Source: the human T2T-CHM13v2.0 reference genome, Homo sapiens
Strand: one strand, 5' to 3'
Length of the DNA stretch: 64,000 nt
Assembly: GCF_009914755.1 (NCBI RefSeq)
Contig: NC_060932.1
Part shown: piece by piece, positions 1-12,875 of the stretch
How the letters are laid out: the number at the start of each line of letters is the position of its first letter
Numbering within the stretch: the first letter of the stretch is position 1
Notes under the pieces: model-generated
What the model saw: only the letters and a program-made list of their open reading frames with translations
Database searches by the model: none
Told to the model about the DNA's origin: nothing
Translations under genes and position numbers: made by a program

Positions 1-557
1 AATTATGTTAGAAGTTTTAGTTTGATAAGTTTAAGCATTTAAATTATACTACAACTGTTCTAAACCTTTTTGGCAATTATTTATGATTTGTTAATATAAA
101 CTAAGCAAAAATAAAGAATAAAACAAAATAACTGAGGCCAAAGACAGCCTCAGGGAGGGCTGAGGTTTTAGCACAGTGGTGGTGTGAAGTCAGCTTTAAT
201 TTCTAAAAAGAACTGTGCTTCTTGTGTGGATTTTTTTTTTTTAATTTAAGAAGACAGCCCACTGTATTTGCAGGGGGTACCTCCAGTTAGACAAGGAAGA
301 TTGTACTCAAAACATTTATCTGCCCTCCCTCCTCAATTCTCACTAAATGAAGAGGGCACAACTTGCCAGAGCAACATGAACAAGACTGGAGAACAACAGC
401 AAAAGAGAAATGCCCAAAATAATGGGCGGCGGTAGGGGGGTGGTGCTGGAAAGCAGACAAAGGTAGTGAGTGATTCAGCAAAAAGAGAAAGCTAAAAGCT
501 AAGTAACTACAGGAAGAAGGCCACAAGAGGCAGGCAATTCCTACCGCAGAACCCAGA

Positions 558-923
558 TGCTATGGTTTGAATGCCTGCATCCCCCTCCAAAATCCATGTT
601 GAAACTGAATCCCCAATGCAACAGTATAAGATGTCCAGGAGGTGATCAGGTAAATCGGATGAGGGCTCTGCTCTAAGAATGGGATGAGGCTCTTATAAAA
701 GGGCTCCAGGGAGCCTGTTTGACCCTTCTGCCTCATACCATGTGAGGACGTAGCACCGAAGCACCATGTACAGAGCAGAGGAAGAGCCCTCACCAGACAC
801 CAAATCTGTCAGCAGCTTGATATTGGACTTCCGAGTCTCCAGAACTAGGACAAATAAATTTCTATTATTTATAAATTACCTACTCCACAGTATTTTATTA
901 TAGTAGCCAAACAGACTAAGACA
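558..923 (+). mobile_element. ERVL-MaLR solo LTR (MST/MLT1A-like)
   Basis: Starts TGCTATGGTTTGAATG and ends GACTAAGACA (typical MaLR termini); flanks CCAGA/CGAGA are a degenerate 5-bp TSD. Confidence 0.8.
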
Positions 924-1499
924 CGAGAAAAGACTCAGGAGGTGGAAGCATTAGAGATACTTCTGAATGTGGCAGTGCAAAGTAGGAAACTGAAAACAGA
1001 AAAACAGATTTAAAGTTTTTAAAAGGAGCAGTTAAACCTCATCATGCATGGTCAGGCATGATGATGAGATCCCTGGCAGAAGATGAAGGAAATGTGGACT
1101 TGCTAAATGGTAATAGTCTCCTGTCTGTGCCAACAACCAGAAAGCTGGTGGCCAACTTGAGCCATCCCCAACCCCAAAACAAAAACACAAACAGGAAACA
1201 AGCATATTCCAGATAAACCAATATAAGCAACAAAGACTCCTCCAACAACATGGCCAGGTCCTTTCTTGATCATGGTACTGTGAAGCCCAACAGCCCTCAA
1301 TCCCTGCCCAGGTGCACAGAGCTTCTGATCTGCTTCCTAGACTCATTCTTAAATAGGAACGAAGAGCCAAAGATCACTGGACTTTTGAGGAGAACCTCCG
1401 AAATAAAAGAGGGATGCCAATATAAATAGAAAAAGAAACCCAGAGTAAACAGAGACAGGTAGGGATAGAAAAGAAGCAATATAGAAAAGAATGAAGAAA

Positions 1500-2220
1500 G
1501 ATCATACATTCATGAAATAAATACTGGATGTTGTATTTTTTTTTAAAAAAAAGGTTTTTAATTGCAGCGTAAGTTCAATGTTTTAGAAATTAAAAACAAG
1601 AAAGCAGAAAGTAAGAGTTCAATCAAAAGACTAAACGATTAAAAATTGAGGAAATCTACTAGAAAGTAGAAGAGAAAGGGAAGAAGAAAGTGGGAGTTAC
1701 CAAAAGAGGAGGAAAAAATAAAAATACAAAATTTATCAATGAAATAATATAAGAAATATAAGAAAATTGCTGGTAAATAAAAGACACAATTATCTTGACT
1801 GGAAAAACCTACCAAGTGCCCAGCATATAGTGCAGAAACAATCCCACCAAGGCATATGGTTGTAACATTTCAAAACAACAGTAGTAAAGAAAACACTGTA
1901 AAAGGTTCCAGAAAGGAAAAAAGAGAAGAGACACATAGAGGGGGTTGAGAAGCAGAACGGCGCTAGATCTTTCAACTGCAACGCTGGAAGCTTCAAGCAA
2001 TGTAATCATGATGTCAAACATCAAACGAAGTCAAGAATACTTCCAACCCAGACTGCCGCTCCAGGCTAATTCCAATCAAGTGTGAAGTATAATAAAGACA
2101 CTTACAGACACATAGGCATCCAAGCATGTAGCCCTCACTTGCCCCTTTTCTCAGGAAGTTCCTGGAAGATGAACTGTACAAGCAAATAAACCAAGAAATT
2201 CCCTAAGATGACGGAGCAAC
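1500..2220 (+). mobile_element. Ancient L1M/HAL1-like fragment
   Basis: A-rich; segments such as TCTTTCAACTGCAACGCTGGAAGC resemble the 3' part of old L1 ORF1; boundaries approximate. Confidence 0.45.
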
Positions 2221-2236
2221 TCAAAAAAGAGGATGG

Positions 2237-2342
2237 CACGGCATCCAGAAAACATTCGATCTAACACAGGAGACAAACGAGGGGACTTCCACGGCATCCA
2301 GGAAACATCTGATCTAACACAGGAGACAAACAAGGGGACTTC
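2237..2342. repeat. Tandem duplication, 2 x 53 bp
   Basis: CACGGCATCCAG-AAACAT--GATCTAACACAGGAGACAAAC-AGGGGACTTC at 2237 and 2290, few mismatches. Confidence 0.9.
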
Positions 2343-2686
2343 CCAGGCGTGAGGTCCAAGGAGCTGCGAGAAGAGGCTGTTAGGAGAGGCCTGGAGAGCA
2401 GAAAGGAAAAGCAGCCTCCACAGGAAAAAGAAAGGACAAGGAGGAGCGAGGGAGGGAAGACAACCTGATGCACGCGAATGTCCTAAGAGAAGATCCGTCA
2501 TATGTTAGAGAGTTTGCAAATTAATTACCGACAGATAAAAAATTCAATTAACAAAAATGCATTAACTCCAGGAAAATACAAAACACTGTTTAAGTGAGAC
2601 AAAATATAATCTCAGCTGGAAACAACAGTTGCAGTTGTAATAATAAAAATAATGAGTATTAATTTAAATAAAAATTAATTTAAGTA

Positions 2687-2838
2687 GACTCCAGGGGAAT
2701 GAGGCATGAGAAATTACATAATGGATACAATGTACACTATTTGGGTGACAGTTACACTAAAAGCCCGGACTCCACCACTATGCAATATATCCAAGAAACA
2801 AAACCGCACTTGTACCCCCTAAATGTATACAGATTTTT
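2687..2838 (+). mobile_element. 5'-truncated L1 3'-end (L1PB/L1MA-like)
   Basis: L1 3'UTR motifs GTACACTATTTGGGTGA...CACTTGTACCCCCTAAAT; flanked by a 16-bp direct repeat AAAATTAATTTAAGTA (2671 and 2839). Confidence 0.75.
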
Positions 2839-2912
2839 AAAATTAATTTAAGTATACAGCGATAATACGAGAGTGAAATCATAAGAAAGAGGGCAATAAG
2901 AAAACTGGCCTC

Positions 2913-3213
2913 GTCCAGGTGCTGTGGCTCATACCTGTAATCCCAGCACTTTGGGAGGCCGAGGTGGGCGGATCACCTGAGGTCAGGAGTTTGAGACCAG
3001 CCTGACCAACATGGTGAAACCTCGTCTCTACTAAAAATACAAAAATTAGCTTGGTGTGGTGGCGGGCGCCTGTAATCCCAGCTACTTGGGGAGGCTGAGG
3101 CAAGAGAATCACTTGAACCTGGGAGGTGGAGATTGCAGTGAGTCAAGACGCACCATTGCACTCCAGCCTAGGCGACAGAGCGAGACTCTGTCTCAAAAGA
3201 AAAAAAAAAAAAA
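2913..3213 (+). mobile_element. Alu (AluS-like), full length
   Basis: Dimeric Alu with A-tail; TSD AAGAAAA(C/T)TGGCCTCGTC. Confidence 0.95.
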
Positions 3214-3437
3214 GGAAAGAAAATTGGCCTCGTCTTCAATAGTAGAGAGTTCATACATAGCTTACATACCAAAGCATAACAGCATTATTATATTCTTACA
3301 TTCTTGGAGGTAACCACAGGAGAAACAGCTAGAAAGTTTCAAAGTAGTTGTTACTAGAGAACAGCAGCCATAGGTGGGGAAGAGCAGGGGATAACCACAG
3401 GCAGAAAGAACCACAGGCAGAAAGAGTATTATTCACC

Positions 3438-3895
<458 letters not shown>

Positions 3896-5762
3896 TGAGT
3901 TTGCAGAAATATTGGAAGGGAAAGAACAATAAGGAGGAAATTATTACCATGACAGAGAGGATAAGGGGAATCTGAAGGAGGAAGGTCTCCAGGGAGGCAG
4001 GAAAAAAGGGTTCTGGATCATGAGTATCCAAATCAGGCCTAGACAGAAGTGCAGACACTTCTTCTTCAGTGGGCAGGGGTGGAAGAAGGAGGAAGAGAAA
4101 AGCACAAAATGCTAGGTGAGGAAGAAACACACTTCATGGTGAGAGGGCCCAGATGTTGGTCCATAGTCTCTGTTTTAGAGTGAGGCAGAAGATTAAAGAA
4201 AATTGTGAGTGTTTGAGAAGGTAGCAGAAGAAAATGGTAAGTTCAAATTGATGAAGTAAATTTTATCTCAGAGCAGGACTAGGCACACACAGATGCAGTG
4301 GAGTATATGTGCTTAGTCATTCCTCTCTGCTCCCACAACCCTTTGTAACACTTGCCACATCAAGTGTACACTAGTACTTTAAAGAACTGGCTTTTCACTA
4401 GGCTATGAATCCTCAAGAACTGTCTTATAAATTTATATGCAACCAATATTGATCATGGCACCTGACATGAAATGTATTTTTGTTTTGTGGATATATAAAC
4501 ATTTATTTCCGGAAGTTCAAAGCATCTCAACACATCAACACACATGTACTTCTTTAAATTGCTTTTTATATGCCAGAACAGTCAGCATTCAATAATTTTA
4601 CAATATCCTTTAAAAAACAGTAAGTAATGTCCCATCAAAGCTAAACCCACACCCCCAAAAAAATTCAAGTCGAAATTTCCATCTTAAACTGACTCTGACT
4701 AAGTACATATAAAGCCCAGTAACTCTTTTGGGCAATGCTCACATGCTGACTAAACTCAGAACAGCGAAGGAGACTACATGAATCTATGACTATCTCATGG
4801 ATTCTAAATTAAAGCTTAGAAACATTTACAATGAATAAAATAAATCCATAGCTGGAAATCAACAGCTGCCTTGATTAATAACAAACCTAAAGATTTTATA
4901 GTTTGAGGTATCAACTTTATCAACTTGGAATTAATTTTCGAGCACAGTCTCTATTTATCAAGTACGTCCTAATATTTCAACATACTTTAATTTTTCCCAA
5001 AAGAAAAAGACAGTTATTATTCACTATGAAATGCATGCTATTAATGCTACATTTTTTAAAAATCTGATTTCCTCTTTCCTACGATAAAGCCAAAAACTGA
5101 TTTCCTTGGTAAGTACCTAACAACTTTTGCACAGAACATTTCAGATCCATCTCAAATAGGTTTGCAAGGGGTAGGAGAAGTTTCATGGGATGGAACTTAA
5201 ATAAATAAATAAATAAAAGGAAGAGGTTTGTTTACCATTTAAATCTCTGGCTGAGTTTAGAGGCTGTTTCTTATTGTTATTAGTTAAAATTATTTTTGGC
5301 AAACTAATACAGTAGAGAAAATTAACCTGAGAAGTCTACCTTGAATGCCACGTTATGTCAATAAATTCTAATCTTTGGTTTCACAAAGTAGCAAAACAGA
5401 GAATTATGATTATCTAAGTGATTTAAGCTAATCAACAATTTCGGACAAAATGCAGATTACTGCACCTGCATGTACCTGTCCTCATATTTCACAAGGTATA
5501 AGGTGATCAAACTAAGGTTTTTCCAGTAACATCATAAGAAGCAGAACAACCGACTGATAATCTTCATAATTTCACTCTTTTGTCCTTTCAAAATTGTTTC
5601 AGAAGGTAATTCCCAAAAATGCTTTATATTATAATACAAAGGTATCCTGAAAATAGAGATACGTCAGTTGTACTTTTTAAATTGTGCAAGTTAAATCACA
5701 GTTCAATAACTCTACGCTGACTTCTAGTTTAAAAGACCACACAAACATATTTTCTAAAATAC

Positions 5763-5954
5763 CTGATTTTGACTTCAGGATAACCTGAATGGTATGTCCA
5801 TCATTGGTGACTTCACAGTCTCGGCACACCACATAATTTGGGGAGAGGCGGACATCCAACAGCGAGGGGTCATACCTAGCCTCTCTTGAGTTTAGGTTAA
5901 TAGGAGACTGGTATTCCCCATTAGCATCAGGAAACACCAGACCCCACTCAACAC
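5763..5954 (-). CDS. CA8: CA8 coding exon 2 (192 nt)
   Basis: Encodes (G)[63 protein letters not shown], including the alpha-CA QSPIN motif; acceptor TTCTTAG at 5961-5955; donor CAG/GTATTT; phase matches exon 1. Confidence 0.97.
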
Positions 5955-7121
5955 CTAAGAACAAAATGAAATAAATTAAAAACAGGTTAAAAAATAAATT
6001 ACAGTAAAATTTAACATGTAAAAACTAAACACTTAGAACCCTTGATATTATGAAGAGAGTAATGATACCATCACTATACAGATGAAATATGGTAATTCTA
6101 TTTGTTTTTGCATTCATTATTTGAATGATCTGTTATTATCAAATACCATACACAAAATCCCGGACTAGCAAAATATTCTATTTGTATTTGTCAACAAAGA
6201 CATAATAATTTATGATTCTAGGAAATTTGGGTCATTTTTAAGTGATTAGGAAAAAAGAATACCAGAACAATTTCTTCTGCTTATTAGTTCAATTACGTTC
6301 AGTACCTGGGAAACAGCTGTAACTTTCAACATACTTAGTGACAGTCAGAACCCTAACTCTCATGCTAGTGAATAGACGCCCCTTATCAGAAATGCAAGTG
6401 TAGTATTTTAAAGTGTGCATATGTATATATCTGTGTACATACATATTCCCATAGTCTTTCCAAATTTTTTATAATTAAAATTATATATTCTATATTGGTT
6501 TCAACATATGTAGTAAACATCAGCACTACTGGTTGGCTCTAATAGGAGCCCTAGGTCTTTAGGAATAAATCTAGGAAACTCGAGTTTTTCAGAAAGTCAA
6601 CCGCTTCTCGCCAAACCCAATGATTCAGTCTGAAATTTAGGACATGTTTTAGAAAGACTTGAGCGTTGCTAGCAGGCTTCACGAAAAGACCAGAGGCAGA
6701 AACACTTTCTCCCCAAAGTCTTCAAGCCAAAAACGAATTCTTCACGCTAACACTGTCTTCCTCAGGTGTTTAGTAAAATGTACCGCTGCTCTTCTTGACT
6801 ACTCAGAAGACATAAAAGGTACAGCCACGGCTTGGAGGCTAGCCCGCCCTCCGGACCGCAGCAGGTGCGAACGCCAGCCCTGCGAAAGGCTCCCGGGTGA
6901 GAGCGCAGGCGGCGGAAGAGCGCAGGCGGCGAGCACGCCTCCCTGGAGCGCCTCCCGCCCGAAACGCGCCAGGGGAGTGGGAAAGTGGCAGAGACCCCCG
7001 TGGGAAAGAGGGGGCGTGGGGGTGCTCGGAGCGCGCGGCGACAGCAGGACTCGAGTCCCGCGCTCGGCGAGACACTGACGCCGCCGCGGGACCCCGGACA
7101 CCTCGACTCGCGGCCACTTAC

Positions 7122-7221
7122 CTTCCTCGTAGCCCCACTCCACACCCTCCTCTTCTTCCTCCTCATCCTCTTCCTTCTCGGGGAAGGCGACGGTATCTTC
7201 GATGAAGCTCAGGTCCGCCAT
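7122..7221 (-). CDS. CA8: CA8 coding part of exon 1 (100 nt)
   Basis: [33 protein letters not shown], the acidic CA8 N-terminus; donor AAG/GTAAGT with GT at 7121-7120. Confidence 0.97.
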
Positions 7222-7470
7222 GGGAAGGCCGCGGGGCCCCTCGGCGCTCTCGGCAGCAGTGCCTGCGCCTTCGCGGGGCGCGGGGCTGGAGCCGGAGCGG
7301 AGCGCGCGTGGGGGAGTGTGAGCGCGCGTGAGCGGCAGTGTGGGTGCGAGAGCGCCTGCGGGTGTGAACCGCAGTGTGAGTGCAAGCAGGCGTGCGTTCG
7401 GACCGAGTGTTCCAGAGACCCGCGTGGGAAGCGCGTCCGGAGGCCCCAGCAGAGCGAGGGAGCGGCTGTG
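7222..7470 (-). other. CA8: CA8 5' UTR (TSS inferred near 7470)
   Basis: Lies between the ATG and ~30 bp downstream of the TATA box; no upstream ATG; TSS position is inferred. Confidence 0.7.
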
Positions 7471-7495
7471 GCCTGGGGAGCGAGCGCCTGGCGAA

Positions 7496-7502
7496 TTTTA
7501 TA
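7496..7502 (-). promoter_or_regulatory. TATA box (TATAAAA)
   Basis: CGGGTATAAAATTCGC on the minus strand, an AT island in GC-rich context; GC boxes just upstream at 7534-7540 and 7631-7642. Confidence 0.8.
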
Positions 7503-10412
7503 CCCGACCGGGGCGTGTCTGGTACGCGAGGATCCGCCCCCTTCTCTCTCTGGCCGTTGGGGCCAGGGGAGCCGACAGTTAGAATGCGCCTCGGGGCGAC
7601 TAGTCCCAAGTCACGGAAACCTCGGCGCATCCCCGCCCGCCCTTCCCCCGGGGTCGCCCCCGCCGCCTCCTGGCGCTTCCTCGCGGCGGCGACTCCTGCT
7701 TGGCCGCCCGAGCCTTCCTTCCAGAAGCCCGCAAGTCTCCCAAGGTCACTCGGGACCCCTGTGTGCCTGGCCTAGCCCAGAGGCTGCTCACCTATTCATT
7801 TTCATCCGTACTCCAGGAAATACCAAAAAGAAGGGGTCCTGGAGGAGAGAGATGGGCTGCCGTGGGTAGGAGAAAGGAGAGGGCTAGGAGACCCCGTAAC
7901 ACAATAAAAAGAGACTCTCCAGCGGAATCTTCTTAGTATCTTCTGAGTATTTACTTTTTAAATCGTCCGTTCAGCGCAGTGGAAACGAGTATGGAAATTT
8001 TTCCAAGAAAGTTCTATTAATTCCTAAAAACGTTTAAGAAAAGAAAATGGTTGGTATCTAGAGAAGTAGCTATGATTTAGGGTTGTGTTTTTTTTTTTTT
8101 TTTCCAGAAAAGGGTATTGTTTCAAAGCAGGGCTAGCAGAAGGCAGTAGACAGAGGGTGTTCGCTGTCAGAGTCTGGGGCGCTGCTGCAGGCTCACCTGG
8201 CTGTGTACACAGCTCCCATTCACCTAGTGAAATCGTGTAAATAATGAAGTGCACACATTGCATAACAAACAGGAACTCTTCTGATCCAAAGAGGTGGCAT
8301 TGTTACCCTTAAACGTGCTTCTCAGTCTAGTGTTAACGACTTCAGCCCTCTGTTCCTGTGCCTTTTAAAAGCCCTGGTCAGTAACCCCTAAGTAGGTTAA
8401 CTCCACATTTTTAGAAGATATATGTGCACAATAAACTCGAGTTAGGACCTTAAGTACAATTTGTTTTTTATATGCTCTGGTCATTCATGAAGATATCTAT
8501 TTGCACTTTGAATAACCTGTTCCTAAATCACACCAGCCTTATGAATGCATAATTCCTCAAATAAGAATGGAAATGATCCGTTTGGGAATGTTTAGTTTCA
8601 GTGCTCATATCCTTTACTGCCTGCTAAGCACCTCCACTTTTTAAAAAGACACTTCATAGCTTTTAAAAAAAAAAAAATTACAAACTGCTCCAGAAAGTAC
8701 ACTGAGATGGAAAGAAGTGGGGGGAACCCTCAACTCGCTCAATTCTGCCACTTTCTGGAAGGTTTAACCAAATATATGGAAAACTACTGGCCAACATTAG
8801 CTTGGAGGATAACCGGTGGATTTTAAGCATTCATATAATTTCTCTTTTCCTTAACTGTGCAGAGGACTGAAACAGTTTGAGAAACTAAATTCATTTTTCA
8901 CTCACTGCATTCTGGGTGTTCTTTAGTGGACGGTCGTTTGCATCTTTGCAAGCCTGGGACTGGCAGAAGCAGAAGCCTACCCCAAAGCCAGAGCTATTAA
9001 AAATAATAAGCACTACTGAAAATATTAACTACTTTTCACTGAAGATCTTCTAAAAGGAACATTTATTTTTCCTTTCTTGAAAACTTTTTTGTAATCTTCT
9101 ATTTGTTTTAAGTTTCTTTTTAGAAGTATGTTCACACGTTAATTAAATGCCACAGCTAAGGAAGCCCATACAAAGGCTATGAAGGAATTGGATAATAAAA
9201 GCACTGCCACTCTGAGCTCATCAGCAATGGCCTTTCTCCTCTGTCCCCCAAATGTGCCTAAGTATGACATTGTAGCCATTGTGTGACCACCAACTGTGTT
9301 TAAAATATCAGGTGAATCATAGAGATGTTTATCAAACCAGAGGATGGTACAATCACCATGGTAAAAAACTGAATTTTCCATGAATAAATACTGTGCCATA
9401 TTTACAAAAGATAGGCTGAAAGATTGAATTATTAGTATTTACTTTTACAGTAAAAAGACAATTTTGCATATAGCCAGCAATGTATTACTATTCAAATATG
9501 CAGTTGACTACTAGCATTGGCCTATATTTGCTCCTTCTGAATTGTTCATGATTATTTGTAGAATGTAACTCCTGTATGCAAGCCTAGGGTTCCCTGTCCA
9601 GCCACATATGAGCCAATCCTCTAAGCACCCAAATATTCAATTAACAGCCTTAATTGCTTTGAGACTGTGGGGTTCAGATTTTTGCTAATTAACAGCACCT
9701 TAAGACCTTCTCTTCTCAGGTCCCTGCACTATATTACCACCAAAGATGGAATTTCTATTTCTAGTTATTATAAGGTGTCTGTCACTAAAAAAATCTAAAC
9801 ACACAGATCAAAGATATAGGGCAATTCTTTGTTTTACAAAATAGAACAAGCACATCTAAATCCAATACCAGAGAATCTAAAAATATTCATACTCTGTATT
9901 ATGAATGTGTCTTCCACATATTCCTCTATAATTTTTAATAGGCTTTCAGCCTAATATTATATTTGATCCCTTAAATTAACTTTATATTGCTCACATTTAG
10001 TGCTTGCATAGCTAAGACCAAACCATATTAGTAGAACAATTTATTAAAACTAAGACCTATATAACTAACTACCATTTGATACTAAGAGAATATAAATAGA
10101 AATATCTAAAAGGGACAAACTAATCTAGATGTCAGAGGAACCAAAGTACTAAGGTCGCTTCCCAGAGTCCACAACCTAGACAGCCCTCTCCTGTCTTTCC
10201 TCACTGCTTGTCTACCGTACCAAAGCTTTCTTATTGTATCGGTGAGTCTAGGCCCTAGAGTCATAAATTTGACCTCCTCTTATGTGCACCTTATGCTCTG
10301 GGATCACCTCAAGGGTACAGCTAACATATGCATGTCACGTGGCTCCTATACAAACTGTAATTCATAAACTTCAACAGCAATGAATTGGGTTCCTTCATGT
10401 GCGCTGCTCTGG

Positions 10413-10712
10413 ACTAGGCACTGTGGGAGAACCAAAAATAAAAAATAAAATACTTCTTCTGCTCTCAAGGAACTCATGGTTCTCTGGAGGGAGGAGAGGG
10501 GTAAATAATTATAATACAAGGCAATACGCAATATTAATATGTTAAATAGAAATGCAGGTACCACTACATCTAAGGAAGATGGAATTTTCATACTAATGGG
10601 AATGATTTAGAAAAGTTGAACAAGATGGCATTTGGGGCAAACTAGAGGAAATGGGCAGAGTTTGGGTGGGCAGCATGTGAGCAAATAACATTACAGGTGT
10701 GAACAAAGATGC
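10413..10712 (+). repeat. Local duplication copy 1 (L2-derived, ~300 bp)
   Basis: ACTAGGCACTGTGGGAGAACCAAAA...CAGGTGTGAACAA-GATGC aligns with 11817-12174. Confidence 0.9.
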
Positions 10713-11816
10713 CGAATCATGCAAGTGCTCATTGCGGATCTATTTGCTCCCTTAAATGCCATCTGTGACTGCCAAAACCAATTCAGATACACTAAAAATA
10801 AGCACTTCTCTAGGCTTATGTCTCAGGTAAGGCACTTTTTCCTATGGTTGTTTAATTCCTTATGTCTAGTTTTTCTTTTGTCAGGAAAGACAGCAAAATT
10901 TTCTTCATTATATATATTTTGATTTCTGAAGGTTTCAAACTTTGTTGATAAAAAAATTTACTTCTTCCTTTTAAATTACTTTTTTCAACTGATTAATCTT
11001 TTATTTCACCTGCTTAAAGTTACATTTACGAGCCTCCTTTTTTTTGACCTCTTCTTGGTCTTTTATCTTCAGAAACAAACGACTAGGGCTCCATGTAGTC
11101 ATTGGAGATGACATCATTGTCTCTATCATTTGCTGCCCCTTCACTGCTTGACCATGTGACTTCTTTGACGAATTAAATATGAGTAAAGGTGGCACGTGCC
11201 ATTTCCTAGAAGAAAGATTTAGGTGTTATCAAAAACAGACATAGTAGCCCATCAAGTAAAGGTGAGTTCAAGGATAATTTTTATTTGCTCAAATGCTGTT
11301 TTTGCCTTTATCTTTTTCTTCAAAGAAAAAAAAAAGTATCTCTGGCCTGCAAAGAAACCAAACAGTCTAGTACAGTGCTCTTATCTTCACCTCGCAAATT
11401 TCTTGGACGCCCTAACCCCAGCTAGGGCCCTTACCACTTCATGGCAGAATGAGAAAGCCCTTATCCATAGAAAATCCCCATCTTCTCTAAGGAACATGGA
11501 CCGCAGCTCTCTTCCCCTCTCTCAGACCATGCGAATTATGCCTGAGGCCCTACATGAATTCAGCACCAAAATGACTTATGCTGAAATAGGAATATTTAAG
11601 ATAATTACATTGGTGACTCCCAAGTCACCAAAAGCTCTAGGGCACCTTCTGCCAAACAAAACCCCTTATGTGTTTAAGCCACAGAGGTTAAAGTTACCTC
11701 TTCTTAGTGCTTTCACAATGCCCTGTATAGATCTCTAACCCTGAAGTTAAGATTGTATTTTAAATATGTATTTTATGACCTTCTCCTCTAAACAATGAGC
11801 TCCCAAAGAGCAAGGC

Positions 11817-12174
11817 ACTAGGCACTGTGGGAGAACCAAAAAAAAAAAAAAAAAAGGAATAAAATACTGCTTCTGCTCTCGAGAAATTCACAGTTCTCTG
11901 GGGGAGGAGAGGAGTAAATAATTATAATTACTAAAACTATAATACAAGTAAATAATTATAACTATAATACAAGTAAATAATGATAATACAAGAAATATGT
12001 TAAATAGAAATGCAGGTACCACTACATTTAAGGAAGATGGGATTTTCATACTAATGGGAATGATTCAGAAAAGTTTCTTGGAAAAGATGGCATTTGAGGC
12101 AAACTAAAGGAAATGGGTACAGTTTGGGTGGGCAGCATGTGAGCAAATAACATTCCAGGTGTGAACAACGATGC
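11817..12174 (+). repeat. Local duplication copy 2, with expanded A-run and AT-rich tandem expansion
   Basis: Direct copy of 10413-10712 with extra TAATACAAGTAAATAAT units at ~11915-11995. Confidence 0.9.
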
Positions 12175-12778
12175 TGCTTTGTGTGCCCCCATGTAGCACA
12201 TGGTAGGCACTTAGGAATTCGTTTCCCTGTGCCATCAGCCATACAGTAACCTGATTAGGCTGGGTAAATATATTAGTGCAAATAAAAGTTGTGGTTACTA
12301 AGGTGGAAGCTTTCAAGGCACAGTAAAGCCACAAAAAAGGGGAGTGATCAAGTTTACCTGGTGGCAGATGTGTCAATAGGGGCTTCATAAAGGAAGTGAC
12401 TTGGAAGCTGAGCCTTGGGAGATAAATAAGTGCTGCTTTACCCTCAGAAACGGAAGGGGAGGAGGTAAAAAAAAAATACGTTCCTCAAAGCATGATGTAG
12501 ACTGATAACAAAAAAGAAGGAAAAAAAGAAAGACATTCCAATAAAAGAAAAAACAAAAGCTCACATATAGAAGCCAGTGTGGGTTCACTTTTTTGATCAA
12601 GTTAATTTTCTTTTTTCCATGGTATTAATAAAAGGGAAAACAACATATTGAAATAGTATGTCTATGTTTGTTTTAGTATTTTTTTTAAACATGTTTCAAA
12701 ACAATAATGACATGAGATAAAATACAAAGCAGATGGAATGCTTAAGTCAGTGCCCGTTGTTGGCAGAATGGCAATACT

Positions 12779-12875
12779 GAAAATGTATTGGACCCTTGTT
12801 GACTTTAAGAGAAAATGTATTGGACCTTGTTGACTTTAAGAGAAAATGTATTGGACCTTGTTGACTTTAAGAGAA
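12779..12875. repeat. Tandem repeat, 3 x 31 bp
   Basis: GAAAATGTATTGGACCTTGTTGACTTTAAGA three times; the first copy has one extra C. Confidence 0.95.

Larger units (their letters stand above)
6830..7760. promoter_or_regulatory. CA8: CpG island covering the CA8 promoter, exon 1 and start of intron 1
   Basis: Abrupt GC- and CpG-rich segment in an otherwise AT-rich, CpG-depleted window. Confidence 0.93.

Noticed and set aside
6799-7121. Extension of the CA8 exon 1 ORF to 140 aa
   Set aside because: Read-through into intron 1 past a consensus donor; the spliced frame continues in exon 2
5940-7150. Repeated EEGVEWG peptide across the exon 1/2 junction as a novel duplication
   Set aside because: Part of the known CA8 protein and consistent with the general alpha-CA N-terminal W-x-Y...W pattern
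6985-7869. 294-aa plus-strand ORF and other overlapping ORFs in the CpG island
   Set aside because: GC-rich, stop-poor sequence antisense to CA8 exon 1; non-ATG start, low-complexity translation, no recognisable domain
11223-11738. 171-aa ORF (also 45922-46410, 162 aa)
   Set aside because: Non-ATG starts, no domain similarity or evident exon structure; consistent with chance ORFs in intergenic DNA
12779-12875. CRISPR-like array (also considered for 40895-40953)
   Set aside because: Head-to-tail repeats without spacers (or only 9-bp repeats), in a primate genome with no cas genes
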